From Parcubacteria group bacterium ADurb.Bin159 (GTDB lineage Bacteria > Patescibacteriota > Patescibacteriia > UBA2591 > MWDC01): a stretch of 64,000 nt of DNA. Made by a program: the position numbers and the translations under genes. How positions within the stretch are numbered: the first letter of the stretch is position 1; every line of letters starts with the position of its first letter. Location of the stretch: contig MWDC01000001.1 in the NCBI GenBank assembly GCA_002070355.1, forward strand, positions 1,996 through 65,995, written 5' to 3'. Under the pieces are notes generated by a model. It was given only the letters and a program-made list of their open reading frames with translations, ran no database searches and was not told where the DNA came from. Below, piece after piece: positions 18,679-27,630 of the stretch.

Positions 18679-19776
18679 ATGAAATCATTTAATAAAAAAA
18701 TCGCTATTTTCCATAATTTTATGGATAATATCGGAGGCGCGGAAAGGGTGGGTTTAATTTTAGCCAGAGAGTTAAAGGCGGATTTCTATACTACTAATAT
18801 AGATGAAGAAAAAATTAAAAAAATGGGTTTTTCTAATATAAAATTAAAATCTATCGGTAAGGTTCCTATAAATGCGCCATTTAGGCAACAAATAGCTTTA
18901 TGGAGGTTTAGATTGCTTAATTTAAAAAATAAATACGATTATTATATCATAGATGGCGACTGGGCAATGTCAGGAGCGGTAAAGAATAAGCCAAATTTAT
19001 GGTATGTCCACTCGCCGATAAGAGAAATTTGGGATTTGTATGAGTACACAAAAGAATTTATTGTTTCTTCGCCTTTTAAAAAACCACTTTTCGAGATTTG
19101 GGTAAAATATAATAGATATTTAAATAAAAAATATTCTTCCTCAGTGGGAAAATTCATTTGTAATTCAAAAAATACGCAAAAAAGAGTAAAAAAATATTTG
19201 AATAAAGATTCTGTAGTTATTAATCCCCCCATTGAAACTTCTGAATTTTATTATCATAAAAATGGCGATTATTGGCTTTCAGTAAATCGATTAATTTCGC
19301 ATAAAAGAGTAGATTTGCAAATAAAAGCATTTTCTGAATTACCCGAAGAAAAACTTATTATTGTGGGCAGTTATGAGAAATCAGAGCATTTTCAATCTTA
19401 TGCAAATTATATTAAAAAAATAAAACCAAAAAACGTTAAAATATTAAGCTGGGTAGATCAGAAACAATTGATTGATCTTTACGCAAACTGTAAGGGATTT
19501 ATTACCACTAGCAAAGACGAAGATTTTGGTATGGCCCCTTTAGAAGCAATGGCTTCAGGTAAACCTGTAATAGCCCCAAATGAAGGAGGATATAAAGAAA
19601 CAATAATAGATGGTATTACCGGAAAATTAATTGATGATATTAGTGTGGATAAGCTTAAAAGAGCAATAAAAGAAATAGGAGAAAGACCAGAAAGATATAA
19701 AGAGGCTTGTCTTATTCAAGCAAAAAAATTTGACACGAAAATATTTATAGAAAAAATCAAAGAACAAATAAAATAA
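18679..19776 (+). CDS. glycosyltransferase family 4 (GT-B, retaining)
   Basis: C-terminal EX7E-type motif (EDFGMAPLEAMASGKPVIA) characteristic of GT4. Confidence 0.75.
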   Translation: MKSFNKKIAIFHNFMDNIGGAERVGLILARELKADFYTTNIDEEKIKKMGFSNIKLKSIGKVPINAPFRQQIALWRFRLLNLKNKYDYYIIDGDWAMSGAVKNKPNLWYVHSPIREIWDLYEYTKEFIVSSPFKKPLFEIWVKYNRYLNKKYSSSVGKFICNSKNTQKRVKKYLNKDSVVINPPIETSEFYYHKNGDYWLSVNRLISHKRVDLQIKAFSELPEEKLIIVGSYEKSEHFQSYANYIKKIKPKNVKILSWVDQKQLIDLYANCKGFITTSKDEDFGMAPLEAMASGKPVIAPNEGGYKETIIDGITGKLIDDISVDKLKRAIKEIGERPERYKEACLIQAKKFDTKIFIEKIKEQIK

Positions 19777-19789
19777 GCTTTAAAAAAAT

Positions 19790-20623
19790 ATGAAATTTGT
19801 AATGACCGGCCATAAAGGCCTTATCGGAACATTTTTATTAAAAAAACTCGAAGAAGAAAAACACAGACCCCTTCTTTTAATTGATAAAAGAGCGGGAAAA
19901 AATTTGTCTGAATTTAAAAAAATAAAACTAAACGAAAAAGCTGATGTTTTCATACATTTAGCAAGTTTTTGTAAAATATCTGAAACGATTAAAAATCCTC
20001 AACTTGCTTTTAAAAACAATGTTTTGGGTATATTTACTGTTTTAGAATTCTGCCGAAAAAATAAAATTCCTAAAATAATATTTACCTCTTCTTCAAGAAT
20101 TTTAAGTAAAGAAAAAAATCCCTATACTGCTAGTAAAATTTATAGTGAAGAATTAATAAAATCTTATCATCAATGTTATAAAATTAATTATTTAATAATA
20201 AGACCCTCTACGGTTTACGGCCCTTTTGACGATAAAACAAGAAGAATTATTGATATTTTTATATTAAATGCACTTAAGGGCAAAGAATTAAAAATTTTCG
20301 GCAACAAAGAAAAAACTCTTGATTTTACTTATATAGATGACTTTATAAATGGTTTAATGATAGTGATTAATAAAAATAATACTGATTTTAATATTGGAAG
20401 CGGCAAAGAAACAAAAGTAAGCTACGTGGCAGATTTTATAATAAAATTAGCTGGGAAGGGAAAAAAGAAATTTTACCCCCCTCAAATTACCCAACCGCAA
20501 AAGGTAAAAATAGATATTTCCACAATAAAAAACCTTGGTTTTAGACCCAAGGTAAGTATTGAAGAGGGGTTAACCCAAACTTTTAATTGGTATAAAAAAA
20601 ATTTAAAAAAGATTAAAAGATAA
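19790..20623 (+). CDS. NAD-dependent epimerase/dehydratase (short-chain dehydrogenase/reductase fold)
   Basis: N-terminal Rossmann Gly motif (MTGHKGLIGTFL) and catalytic YxxxK (YTASKIYSEE). Confidence 0.7.
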   Translation: MKFVMTGHKGLIGTFLLKKLEEEKHRPLLLIDKRAGKNLSEFKKIKLNEKADVFIHLASFCKISETIKNPQLAFKNNVLGIFTVLEFCRKNKIPKIIFTSSSRILSKEKNPYTASKIYSEELIKSYHQCYKINYLIIRPSTVYGPFDDKTRRIIDIFILNALKGKELKIFGNKEKTLDFTYIDDFINGLMIVINKNNTDFNIGSGKETKVSYVADFIIKLAGKGKKKFYPPQITQPQKVKIDISTIKNLGFRPKVSIEEGLTQTFNWYKKNLKKIKR

Positions 20624-20633
20624 AATAAGTTGA

Positions 20634-21512
20634 TTAATTGTTTATATCATCTAATGTTATATAACCACAAAGAAGTCCAATTCTCCACGCAAAACCGCTA
20701 ATAAAATTATATTTAAAATTTTTATTTCCGGTTACTAATTCATGTCCAATGCCTATAAAATAAGGTAAATGGTTTATTACGTTCTGAATAAATAAAATTT
20801 CTTTTTTGGCTTTATACTTTTTTAGAATTTTCGCATTCCAAAAACCTCTTAAAAAAAATTTTTTAAACACATCTAAAGAATTATCCACATATTGGTGCTC
20901 CACTTCAAATGGTTTAAAATATATACTATATCCTTTAATTTTTAATCTTACGTCTAACTCAGTATCATTCACCATATAAAAAGCAGGATTAGTATAACCA
21001 ATTTTCTTTAAAATATCTCTTTTAATGGCAAAATTGGCTGTATCAAGCATTCCTACTTTATTATCTTTTAATCTTTCCATAAAGTACCTTCTTCCTTCCT
21101 CAGCTAAATGCTCAGTCCAATAATTTATTTTAGTTTTAGCTGGTTTCTTTAACCCCTGAACAGCCACGGCTTTATTTTTTATAATAGGTTCTATCATTTC
21201 CTCAACCCAATTGTAAGGGACAATACAATCTGAATCAGTCATTAAAATTATTTCTCCCTTGGCATTTATTTCCCCTTTATATCTTGCCGCCGCCGCTCCT
21301 TTTTTGACTTCAAATAAATATTTTACTCTTTTGTCTTTTTTTTGAAATTCTTGTATTATTTCCTTGGTTTTATCAGTAGAGTTATTATCTACAAGAATAA
21401 CTTCATAATCTTGATAGGTTTGGTTTAAAACAGAATTAAGACATTCTTTTAATGTTTTTTCTCTATTATAAACCGGAATTATTATAGAAATTTTTGGATT
21501 TTTATTTTCCAT
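20634..21512 (-). CDS. glycosyltransferase family 2 (copy 1 of tandem duplicate)
   Basis: N-terminal GT-A motifs (ISIIIPVYN, DxD at VILVDNNSTD, MTDSDC); 292 aa. Confidence 0.75.
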   Translation of the reverse strand: MENKNPKISIIIPVYNREKTLKECLNSVLNQTYQDYEVILVDNNSTDKTKEIIQEFQKKDKRVKYLFEVKKGAAAARYKGEINAKGEIILMTDSDCIVPYNWVEEMIEPIIKNKAVAVQGLKKPAKTKINYWTEHLAEEGRRYFMERLKDNKVGMLDTANFAIKRDILKKIGYTNPAFYMVNDTELDVRLKIKGYSIYFKPFEVEHQYVDNSLDVFKKFFLRGFWNAKILKKYKAKKEILFIQNVINHLPYFIGIGHELVTGNKNFKYNFISGFAWRIGLLCGYITLDDINN

Positions 21513-21588
21513 TTTTTACTTTTTTAAATTTAAAATATAATTTTGACCAATGTTCTTTTAAAAAAAATTAAAAGGTAAAATAATCTGA

Positions 21589-22467
21589 TTAATTATTTAT
21601 ATCATCCAATGTTATATAACCGCAAAGAGATCCAATTCTCCACAGAAAACCGCTGATAAAATTATATTTAAAATTTTTGTTTCCGGTTACTAATTCACAT
21701 CCAATGCCTATAAAATAGTGTAAATGGTCTATTGCATTCGGAATAAATAAAATTTCTTTTTTGGCTTTATACTTTTTTAGAATTTTCGCATTCCAAAAAC
21801 CTCTTAAAAAAATTTTTTTAAACATATCTAAAGAATTATCTACATATTGATGCTTCACTTCAAATGGTTTAAAATATATACTATATCCTTTAATTTTTAA
21901 TCTTACGTCTAACTCAGTATCATTCACCATATAAAAAGCAGGATTAGTATAACCAATTTTCTTTAAAATATCTCTTTTAATGGCAAAATTGGCTGTATCA
22001 AGCATTCCTACTTTATTATCTTTTAATCTTTCCATAAAGTACCTTCTTCCTTCCTCAGCTAAATGCTCAGTCCAATAATTTATTTTAGTTTTAGCTGGTT
22101 TCTTTAACCCCTGAACAGCCACGGCTTTATTTTTTATAATAGGTTCTATCATTTCCTCAACCCAATTGTAAGGGACAATACAATCTGAATCAGTCATTAA
22201 AATTATTTCTCCCTTGGCATTTATTTCCCCTTTATATCTTGCCGCCGCCGCTCCTTTTTTGACTTCAAATAAATATTTTACTCTTTTGTCTTTTTTTTGA
22301 AATTCTTGTATTATTTCCTTGGTTTTATCAGTAGAGTTATTATCTACAAGAATAACTTCATAATCTTGATAGGTTTGGTTTAAAACAGAATTAAGACATT
22401 CTTTTAATGTTTTTTCTCTATTATAAACCGGAATTATTATAGAAATTTTTGGATTTTTATTTTCCAT
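21589..22467 (-). CDS. glycosyltransferase family 2 (copy 2 of tandem duplicate)
   Basis: First ~200 aa identical to copy 1; about 10 substitutions in the C-terminal 90 aa. Confidence 0.75.
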   Translation of the reverse strand: MENKNPKISIIIPVYNREKTLKECLNSVLNQTYQDYEVILVDNNSTDKTKEIIQEFQKKDKRVKYLFEVKKGAAAARYKGEINAKGEIILMTDSDCIVPYNWVEEMIEPIIKNKAVAVQGLKKPAKTKINYWTEHLAEEGRRYFMERLKDNKVGMLDTANFAIKRDILKKIGYTNPAFYMVNDTELDVRLKIKGYSIYFKPFEVKHQYVDNSLDMFKKIFLRGFWNAKILKKYKAKKEILFIPNAIDHLHYFIGIGCELVTGNKNFKYNFISGFLWRIGSLCGYITLDDINN

Positions 22468-22519
22468 TTTTTACTTTTTTAAATTTAAAATATAATTTTG
22501 ACCAATTGCTAATATCATT

Positions 22520-23272
22520 ATGTTAAAAAAGGGATTAAATTTAGCTGTTGTTTTAGCTAAAATGGAGTTTAAATTAAGAAACGAAGGAAGTTATCTGGGA
22601 ATATTTTGGTATTTGCTTAACCCTATTTTAACTTTTTTTGTTCTTTTGATTGTTTTTGGCAATAAATTGGGGCAAAATATTCCAAACTACTCTCTTTACT
22701 TATTATTAGGCATAATTATGTTTAATTTTTTCCGCCAAGTGACAATAGAGTCTACAAAAATTATTCAGGATAATAGATGGCTTATTAAATCAATAAATTT
22801 TCCTCGAGAGATATTGATAAATTCTATTATTTTGAAAACTTTATTCTCTCATATCTTTGAAATAATTCTTTTTACAGCGCTTCTTTTCATTTTTAAAGCT
22901 CCTTTTTGGGGAATTATTTTTTATCCTCTAATTTTACTTTTCTTTTGTTTTTTTATTTATGGGTTTTCTCTTATTTTATCTTCATTAGCCATTTACTTTA
23001 TTGATTTAAATAATATCTGGCTATTTGCTATTTCTTTAATTTGGTTAGGAACGCCAATTTTTTACACTATTGAAAACCAAGGATGGTTATTTAAACTAAA
23101 TTTGTTAAATCCTTGCTATTATTTTATTACCATAGCCAGAGATTTGATTATATATACAAAATCGCCTGAAATTTGGATGGTTTTAGGGGCAATATTTTAT
23201 AGTCTGCTTTTTTTAATTATTGGAAAATATATTTTTAGTAAATTGAAATATAAATTTGCTGAATTAATATAA
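22520..23272 (+). CDS. ABC-2 type polysaccharide/teichoic-acid exporter permease (Wzm/TagG-like)
   Basis: 250 aa, six TM helices, ABC-2 family layout. Stop/start overlaps the following ATPase gene. Confidence 0.65.
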   Translation: MLKKGLNLAVVLAKMEFKLRNEGSYLGIFWYLLNPILTFFVLLIVFGNKLGQNIPNYSLYLLLGIIMFNFFRQVTIESTKIIQDNRWLIKSINFPREILINSIILKTLFSHIFEIILFTALLFIFKAPFWGIIFYPLILLFFCFFIYGFSLILSSLAIYFIDLNNIWLFAISLIWLGTPIFYTIENQGWLFKLNLLNPCYYFITIARDLIIYTKSPEIWMVLGAIFYSLLFLIIGKYIFSKLKYKFAELI

Positions 23273-24006
23273 TGAAAAAAATAATTGTCAAAAATGTATC
23301 AAAAAATTTTAAAATAGGTTTTGAAAAAAATCAAGGAGTATTAGCCAGATTTATTTCCTTTTTTTCCGGGAAAACTCCTCAAAGAAATATCAAAACTTTA
23401 GACAATATTTCTTTTTACGCTAATAAGGGAGAAATTTTAGGAATTATCGGAAAAAATGGTTCTGGGAAGAGTACTCTTCTTAGAATTATTGCTGGAATAT
23501 ATAAAAAAGATAAAGGGGAAATATTAACTTACGGGAAAATAATTCCTCTTATAAACTTAAATTATGGATTAAAAGAAAGATTAACATTAAAAGATAATAT
23601 CTATTTATATTGCTCCTTTTTTGGTCTTTCTAAAAACCAAATTAAACAAAAATTTGATTTAATAGTAGAATTTGCCGAACTTAAAAATTTTATTAATACA
23701 AAAATTTATCAATTTTCAGAAGGGATGAAACAAAGATTGGCTTTTTCTATCGCTATACATTGTCAGCCAGAAATACTTTTGCTCGACGAAGTATTTGAAG
23801 TGGGAGATAAAAATTTTAAGCAAAAAAGCTCAAATAAAATAGAAGAATTAGCAAAAAACGGCACCACAGTTTTATTAGTAAGCCATGATATAAATCTAAT
23901 TAACAAACATTGTCAAAGAACAATTTGGTTAGAAAAAGGGAAAATTATGAAAGATGATAAAACTAGTATTGTTATTGCCGAATACCTAAATTCAAATGAA
24001 TTTTAA
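23272..24006 (+). CDS. ABC transporter ATP-binding protein (Wzt/TagH-like, no C-terminal carbohydrate-binding extension)
   Basis: Walker A (GKNGSGKST), ABC signature (FSEGMKQRL), Walker B (LLLDE), H-loop (VSHD). Confidence 0.8.
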   Translation: MKKIIVKNVSKNFKIGFEKNQGVLARFISFFSGKTPQRNIKTLDNISFYANKGEILGIIGKNGSGKSTLLRIIAGIYKKDKGEILTYGKIIPLINLNYGLKERLTLKDNIYLYCSFFGLSKNQIKQKFDLIVEFAELKNFINTKIYQFSEGMKQRLAFSIAIHCQPEILLLDEVFEVGDKNFKQKSSNKIEELAKNGTTVLLVSHDINLINKHCQRTIWLEKGKIMKDDKTSIVIAEYLNSNEF

Positions 24007-24018
24007 AATAGAGTTTAA

Positions 24019-25104
24019 TCATTCAACAGAAAGTTCAGAAAGATATAAAGAATTAAATATAATTTGAATTCCTACTAAAGCTGAAACTATTAATGGATCA
24101 AAAAATTTATCCGCTTGCCCAAAAAGTTTAAAAAGTATAGGAATGATAATTAAAAAAACGCCTAGAAAAAGAGCATATTTCAATTTAAATATTTGATAAA
24201 ATTTTTTTAAAAATTTATTTTCTTGTTTAAATTTAACATAAAGATAGGTTTTTGAAAAAAGAGCAAGGTAAATAATCTGAAAGCCCAAAAGAGGAAAAAA
24301 TATTTTTACTGTTGCGGTATCAAAAAATCTACCCAATTTCTTGTTAAAGATAAGGCCGATTAAACCAACTAAACCAATTATGCCGCCGGTAATAATATAA
24401 AATAAAACTGGTACTTCAAGAATAATATATTTTATATCGGCTAAACCGTCTTTATATGGCTTCAATTTAGAAATACCTAAACGGGGGCGATATTCAATGG
24501 GTACTTCTTTTATTTTTATTCCTTGTTTTTTCGCTTTTATAATCATTTCTACGGTAAATTCCATATTATTAGTAACTAAATTAAGTTTTCTGTATACATC
24601 TTTATTTAAAAGGCGAAATCCAGATTGGCTATCATAAATTTTTACGCCAAAAAAAAGACGAATTAGAAAATTTAAGAAGGGCGTTCCTAAAAATCTATGA
24701 GAAAAAGGCATTGCCTCTTTTTTTATTTTCCCTTTTAATCTATTTCCCATGACAATGTTATCTCCGGTAAAATTTTTTAAAAGTTTAGGAAATTCGTGAA
24801 AATTGTAAGTATAATCCGCATCGCCATAAATAATTATATCATAAGAAGCGTTTTCTATTCCTTTTTTTATAGCAAAACCATAACCTGGTATATCGTGTTT
24901 TATTAATTTTACTTTCTCTTTTTTAGCAATTAAATCAGAACCATCAATAGAAGAATCAGAAACGATAATTTCGTAAATTACATTTTGTTTTTGGCATTCT
25001 TCCTTAATTTCCTGAATAACTTTTCCTAATGCCTCTTTTTCGTTCCTGCAAGGAAGAATAAAAGATATTTTTAACGGCATATTACATTTTTTCAATGGTT
25101 TCAA
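24019..25104 (-). CDS. GT2 polyprenol-phosphate glycosyltransferase (DPM1/GtrB/ArnC-like) with C-terminal TM helices
   Basis: N-terminal GT-A (ISFILPCRNE, DSSIDGS, YGDADYT) followed by at least three C-terminal TM helices, the GtrB/ArnC architecture. Confidence 0.7.
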   Translation of the reverse strand: MKPLKKCNMPLKISFILPCRNEKEALGKVIQEIKEECQKQNVIYEIIVSDSSIDGSDLIAKKEKVKLIKHDIPGYGFAIKKGIENASYDIIIYGDADYTYNFHEFPKLLKNFTGDNIVMGNRLKGKIKKEAMPFSHRFLGTPFLNFLIRLFFGVKIYDSQSGFRLLNKDVYRKLNLVTNNMEFTVEMIIKAKKQGIKIKEVPIEYRPRLGISKLKPYKDGLADIKYIILEVPVLFYIITGGIIGLVGLIGLIFNKKLGRFFDTATVKIFFPLLGFQIIYLALFSKTYLYVKFKQENKFLKKFYQIFKLKYALFLGVFLIIIPILFKLFGQADKFFDPLIVSALVGIQIIFNSLYLSELSVE

Positions 25105-26806
25105 TACCCAATAAATTCAAACCCTTTTTTAAGATTTGACAAACAGCATTTACCATTAAAAGTCGGGCTTTTTCTAATTTCTCTTCACTGCCAATAACTT
25201 TATGAAAATGATAAAATTCATTAAAATTTTGAGCTAATTTTATCAGTGCTTGAGATAAATAGGCAGGATTGTAATTTTTCGCTGATTGTTTTATCGCTTC
25301 AGGCCAAAAGAAGAGCGATTCCATAATTTTAAGCTCTTCTTTTGTTTTAAGAAGAGATAGGTCTATCTCATTAATATCATTAAAATCAATTTCTTTGCCC
25401 CATTTTTCTAAAATACTTCTTGCCCGCGCATAAGTATAAAGAAGATAAGGGCCAGTTGCCCCCTCAAAAGATATTGATTCTTTTGGCTTATAAATAATTG
25501 GCCGTGATGGTTTAAAATACAAAAGATAAAATTTAACTGCTGCCAAAGCGATTTTTAACGCTCTCTCGGATAATTCATCAGAAGATATATTCGGCCAACG
25601 AGTTGATATTTCTTTTTTAGCCAAATTTTCCATTTCTAAAATAAAATCATCTATTTCTACCACTTTACCTTCACGAGATTTCATTCGTCCTTCGGGAAGA
25701 AAAACGATACCATAAGAAAGATGGTAATAATTTTTTGCGCCGGGGAAATCTAAAAGCTCTAAAATTTTAAAAAGAGATTGAAAGTAATGGTCTTGCTCAC
25801 TGGCTACTACATAAATCATTTTATCGGGTTGATACTCTTGCCATCTAAGATAAGCCAAACCAATATCTTGTGTAATATAAACACTTGTTTTATCAGCTCG
25901 CAAAAGTACTCTTTTGCCCAAATCCCCTAAATCAATTTCTATGGCTCCATCTTCTCTCTTATAGGCTGCACCCTTTTTTAGCGCTTTTTTAATAATGGAT
26001 TTGCCTAATTCGTAAATTTCACTTTCATAATAAATTTTATCAAATTTAACGCCGGTTTTTTTATAAGTTTCAAAAATACCCTCTATAGCCCAATTATTGA
26101 TAATCTGCCAAAGTTTAATTGTTTTTGGGTCGCCTTCTTCCCATTTTTTAAGAAGACAATGCGCTTCATCAACAAGAGAAGGAATTTCTTCTTTTTTCTT
26201 TTCAAAAAGAACATAAAAATCTCCTACAAAATGATCTGGCTTTTTGCCTTCTGATTGAGGGGTTTTCCTCTCCCCCCATTTTTGCCAAGCAAGCATTGCT
26301 TTAATAATATGCATACCCCGGTCATTAATTAAATTAGTTTTAATGACATTAGCTCCTAATTCAGACAAAATATTGGAGATTGCCATGCCCAAAGAATTAT
26401 TGCGCAAATGCCCTAAATGTTGTGGTTTATTGGTATTTGGAGAAGAGAATTCTATTAAAATTGTTTTATCTTTGATATCTTTCTCTTTATATTGACCAGG
26501 TTTGGCTAAAAGAATATCTTCTAAAATTGCTTTAAACCAAACATCTTTTTTAAGAAAAAAATTAAGATAAGGACCAAAATTTTTAACTTTTTCTATAACC
26601 GAAGATGGCTTAATTTTTTGACTCAAGATTTCAGCAATCTCCTCGGGCTTTTTAGAAGAATTTAAAGACAAATCAAAACATCCAATGCCTAAATCCCCCA
26701 TCTCCAAATTGGGAGGGATAATAAAATTTAATTCGCCCTTAAAATCAGGCAAAACCAATTTTAGCGAATGAAAAATTTCTTTTTTTATTTGTTCAATATT
26801 CATCAT
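25082..26806 (-). CDS. argS: arginine--tRNA ligase
   Basis: Class I HIGH region (SPNTNKPQHLGHLRN), anticodon-binding C-terminal domain, 574 aa. Confidence 0.8.
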   Translation of the reverse strand: MMNIEQIKKEIFHSLKLVLPDFKGELNFIIPPNLEMGDLGIGCFDLSLNSSKKPEEIAEILSQKIKPSSVIEKVKNFGPYLNFFLKKDVWFKAILEDILLAKPGQYKEKDIKDKTILIEFSSPNTNKPQHLGHLRNNSLGMAISNILSELGANVIKTNLINDRGMHIIKAMLAWQKWGERKTPQSEGKKPDHFVGDFYVLFEKKKEEIPSLVDEAHCLLKKWEEGDPKTIKLWQIINNWAIEGIFETYKKTGVKFDKIYYESEIYELGKSIIKKALKKGAAYKREDGAIEIDLGDLGKRVLLRADKTSVYITQDIGLAYLRWQEYQPDKMIYVVASEQDHYFQSLFKILELLDFPGAKNYYHLSYGIVFLPEGRMKSREGKVVEIDDFILEMENLAKKEISTRWPNISSDELSERALKIALAAVKFYLLYFKPSRPIIYKPKESISFEGATGPYLLYTYARARSILEKWGKEIDFNDINEIDLSLLKTKEELKIMESLFFWPEAIKQSAKNYNPAYLSQALIKLAQNFNEFYHFHKVIGSEEKLEKARLLMVNAVCQILKKGLNLLGIETIEKM

Positions 26807-27608
26807 ATAAAATTCCTACTATATCTAAATCTTTTTCTTCAAAAAATGGCCGGATGGTCGCTTCTTTGAAAAAATCACCTGCAAGATTTTTTATCTCAGA
26901 GATTTCGCCAATAATCAGTCCTTTTTCTAAATCATTTCCCGCTCCTGATGTTATAACTAAATCTCCTTTCGAAAAAAACGCTTCTTTGGGTATATATTTC
27001 ATTTTTAATTCTAACCCATATTGTCCTTCTACTATTCCATAAATCTCGTCAGTAGAAGCATTATTTGTTTGAAGAATAATACCCGCCGTTTTAAAATGGC
27101 TGTCGTAAACAGGCCAAAAATAAGAAATCTTATCTTCTGTTTTGGCTATTTCGCCAATAAGTATTCCCTCTTCATTAATTACCGGCATTCCTTTTAAAAC
27201 TCCGTCTTTTTCGCCTTTATCAATCAAAAACCAAACAGAGCCGTTCTCTTCTCTTTTCCCTATAACTCGAGTTAATTTTAAATTTTTATATCTCTCTTCT
27301 TTAAAATCAAGATATTGCCGTAAAGTTTTATTTTCTTCTTCCAATACATAAAGACGACCAAGAGAAGAAAGCGCTTTATTAAGCTCTTTTCTTAATTCCT
27401 CATTTTCTTTTTGATATGTTTCTTTATCAGCTAAGGGAGAAAATATTGACGAGGTTTTAATAGCTAAAGAATGAAATATGTTTCCTATCGGTTTAAAAAT
27501 CGAAATAAAAATGTTTCTCCCCTTAAGGGAGAAAAAAATAAAAACAAGAACAACTAATAAAATTATTATGAATTTTTTAGAGGAAATCAACGCCCAAAAA
27601 CGAGACAT
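26793..27608 (-). CDS. mreC: rod shape-determining protein MreC
   Basis: N-terminal TM, coiled coil, then beta-rich domains with a G-rich motif (ITSGAGNDLEKGLIIGEI) resembling MreC. Its start overlaps the argS stop. Confidence 0.6.
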   Translation of the reverse strand: MSRFWALISSKKFIIILLVVLVFIFFSLKGRNIFISIFKPIGNIFHSLAIKTSSIFSPLADKETYQKENEELRKELNKALSSLGRLYVLEEENKTLRQYLDFKEERYKNLKLTRVIGKREENGSVWFLIDKGEKDGVLKGMPVINEEGILIGEIAKTEDKISYFWPVYDSHFKTAGIILQTNNASTDEIYGIVEGQYGLELKMKYIPKEAFFSKGDLVITSGAGNDLEKGLIIGEISEIKNLAGDFFKEATIRPFFEEKDLDIVGILYDEY

Positions 27609-27630
27609 AATACAATACTAATATGATTTT

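Larger units (their letters stand above)
20610..22519. repeat. tandem duplication (2 x ~955 bp) encompassing a GT2 gene and its upstream region
   Basis: 20634-21588 and 21589-22519 are near-identical, including the 5' flank tttttacttttttaaatttaaaatataattttgaccaat at 21513-21551 and 22468-22506. Confidence 0.8.
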
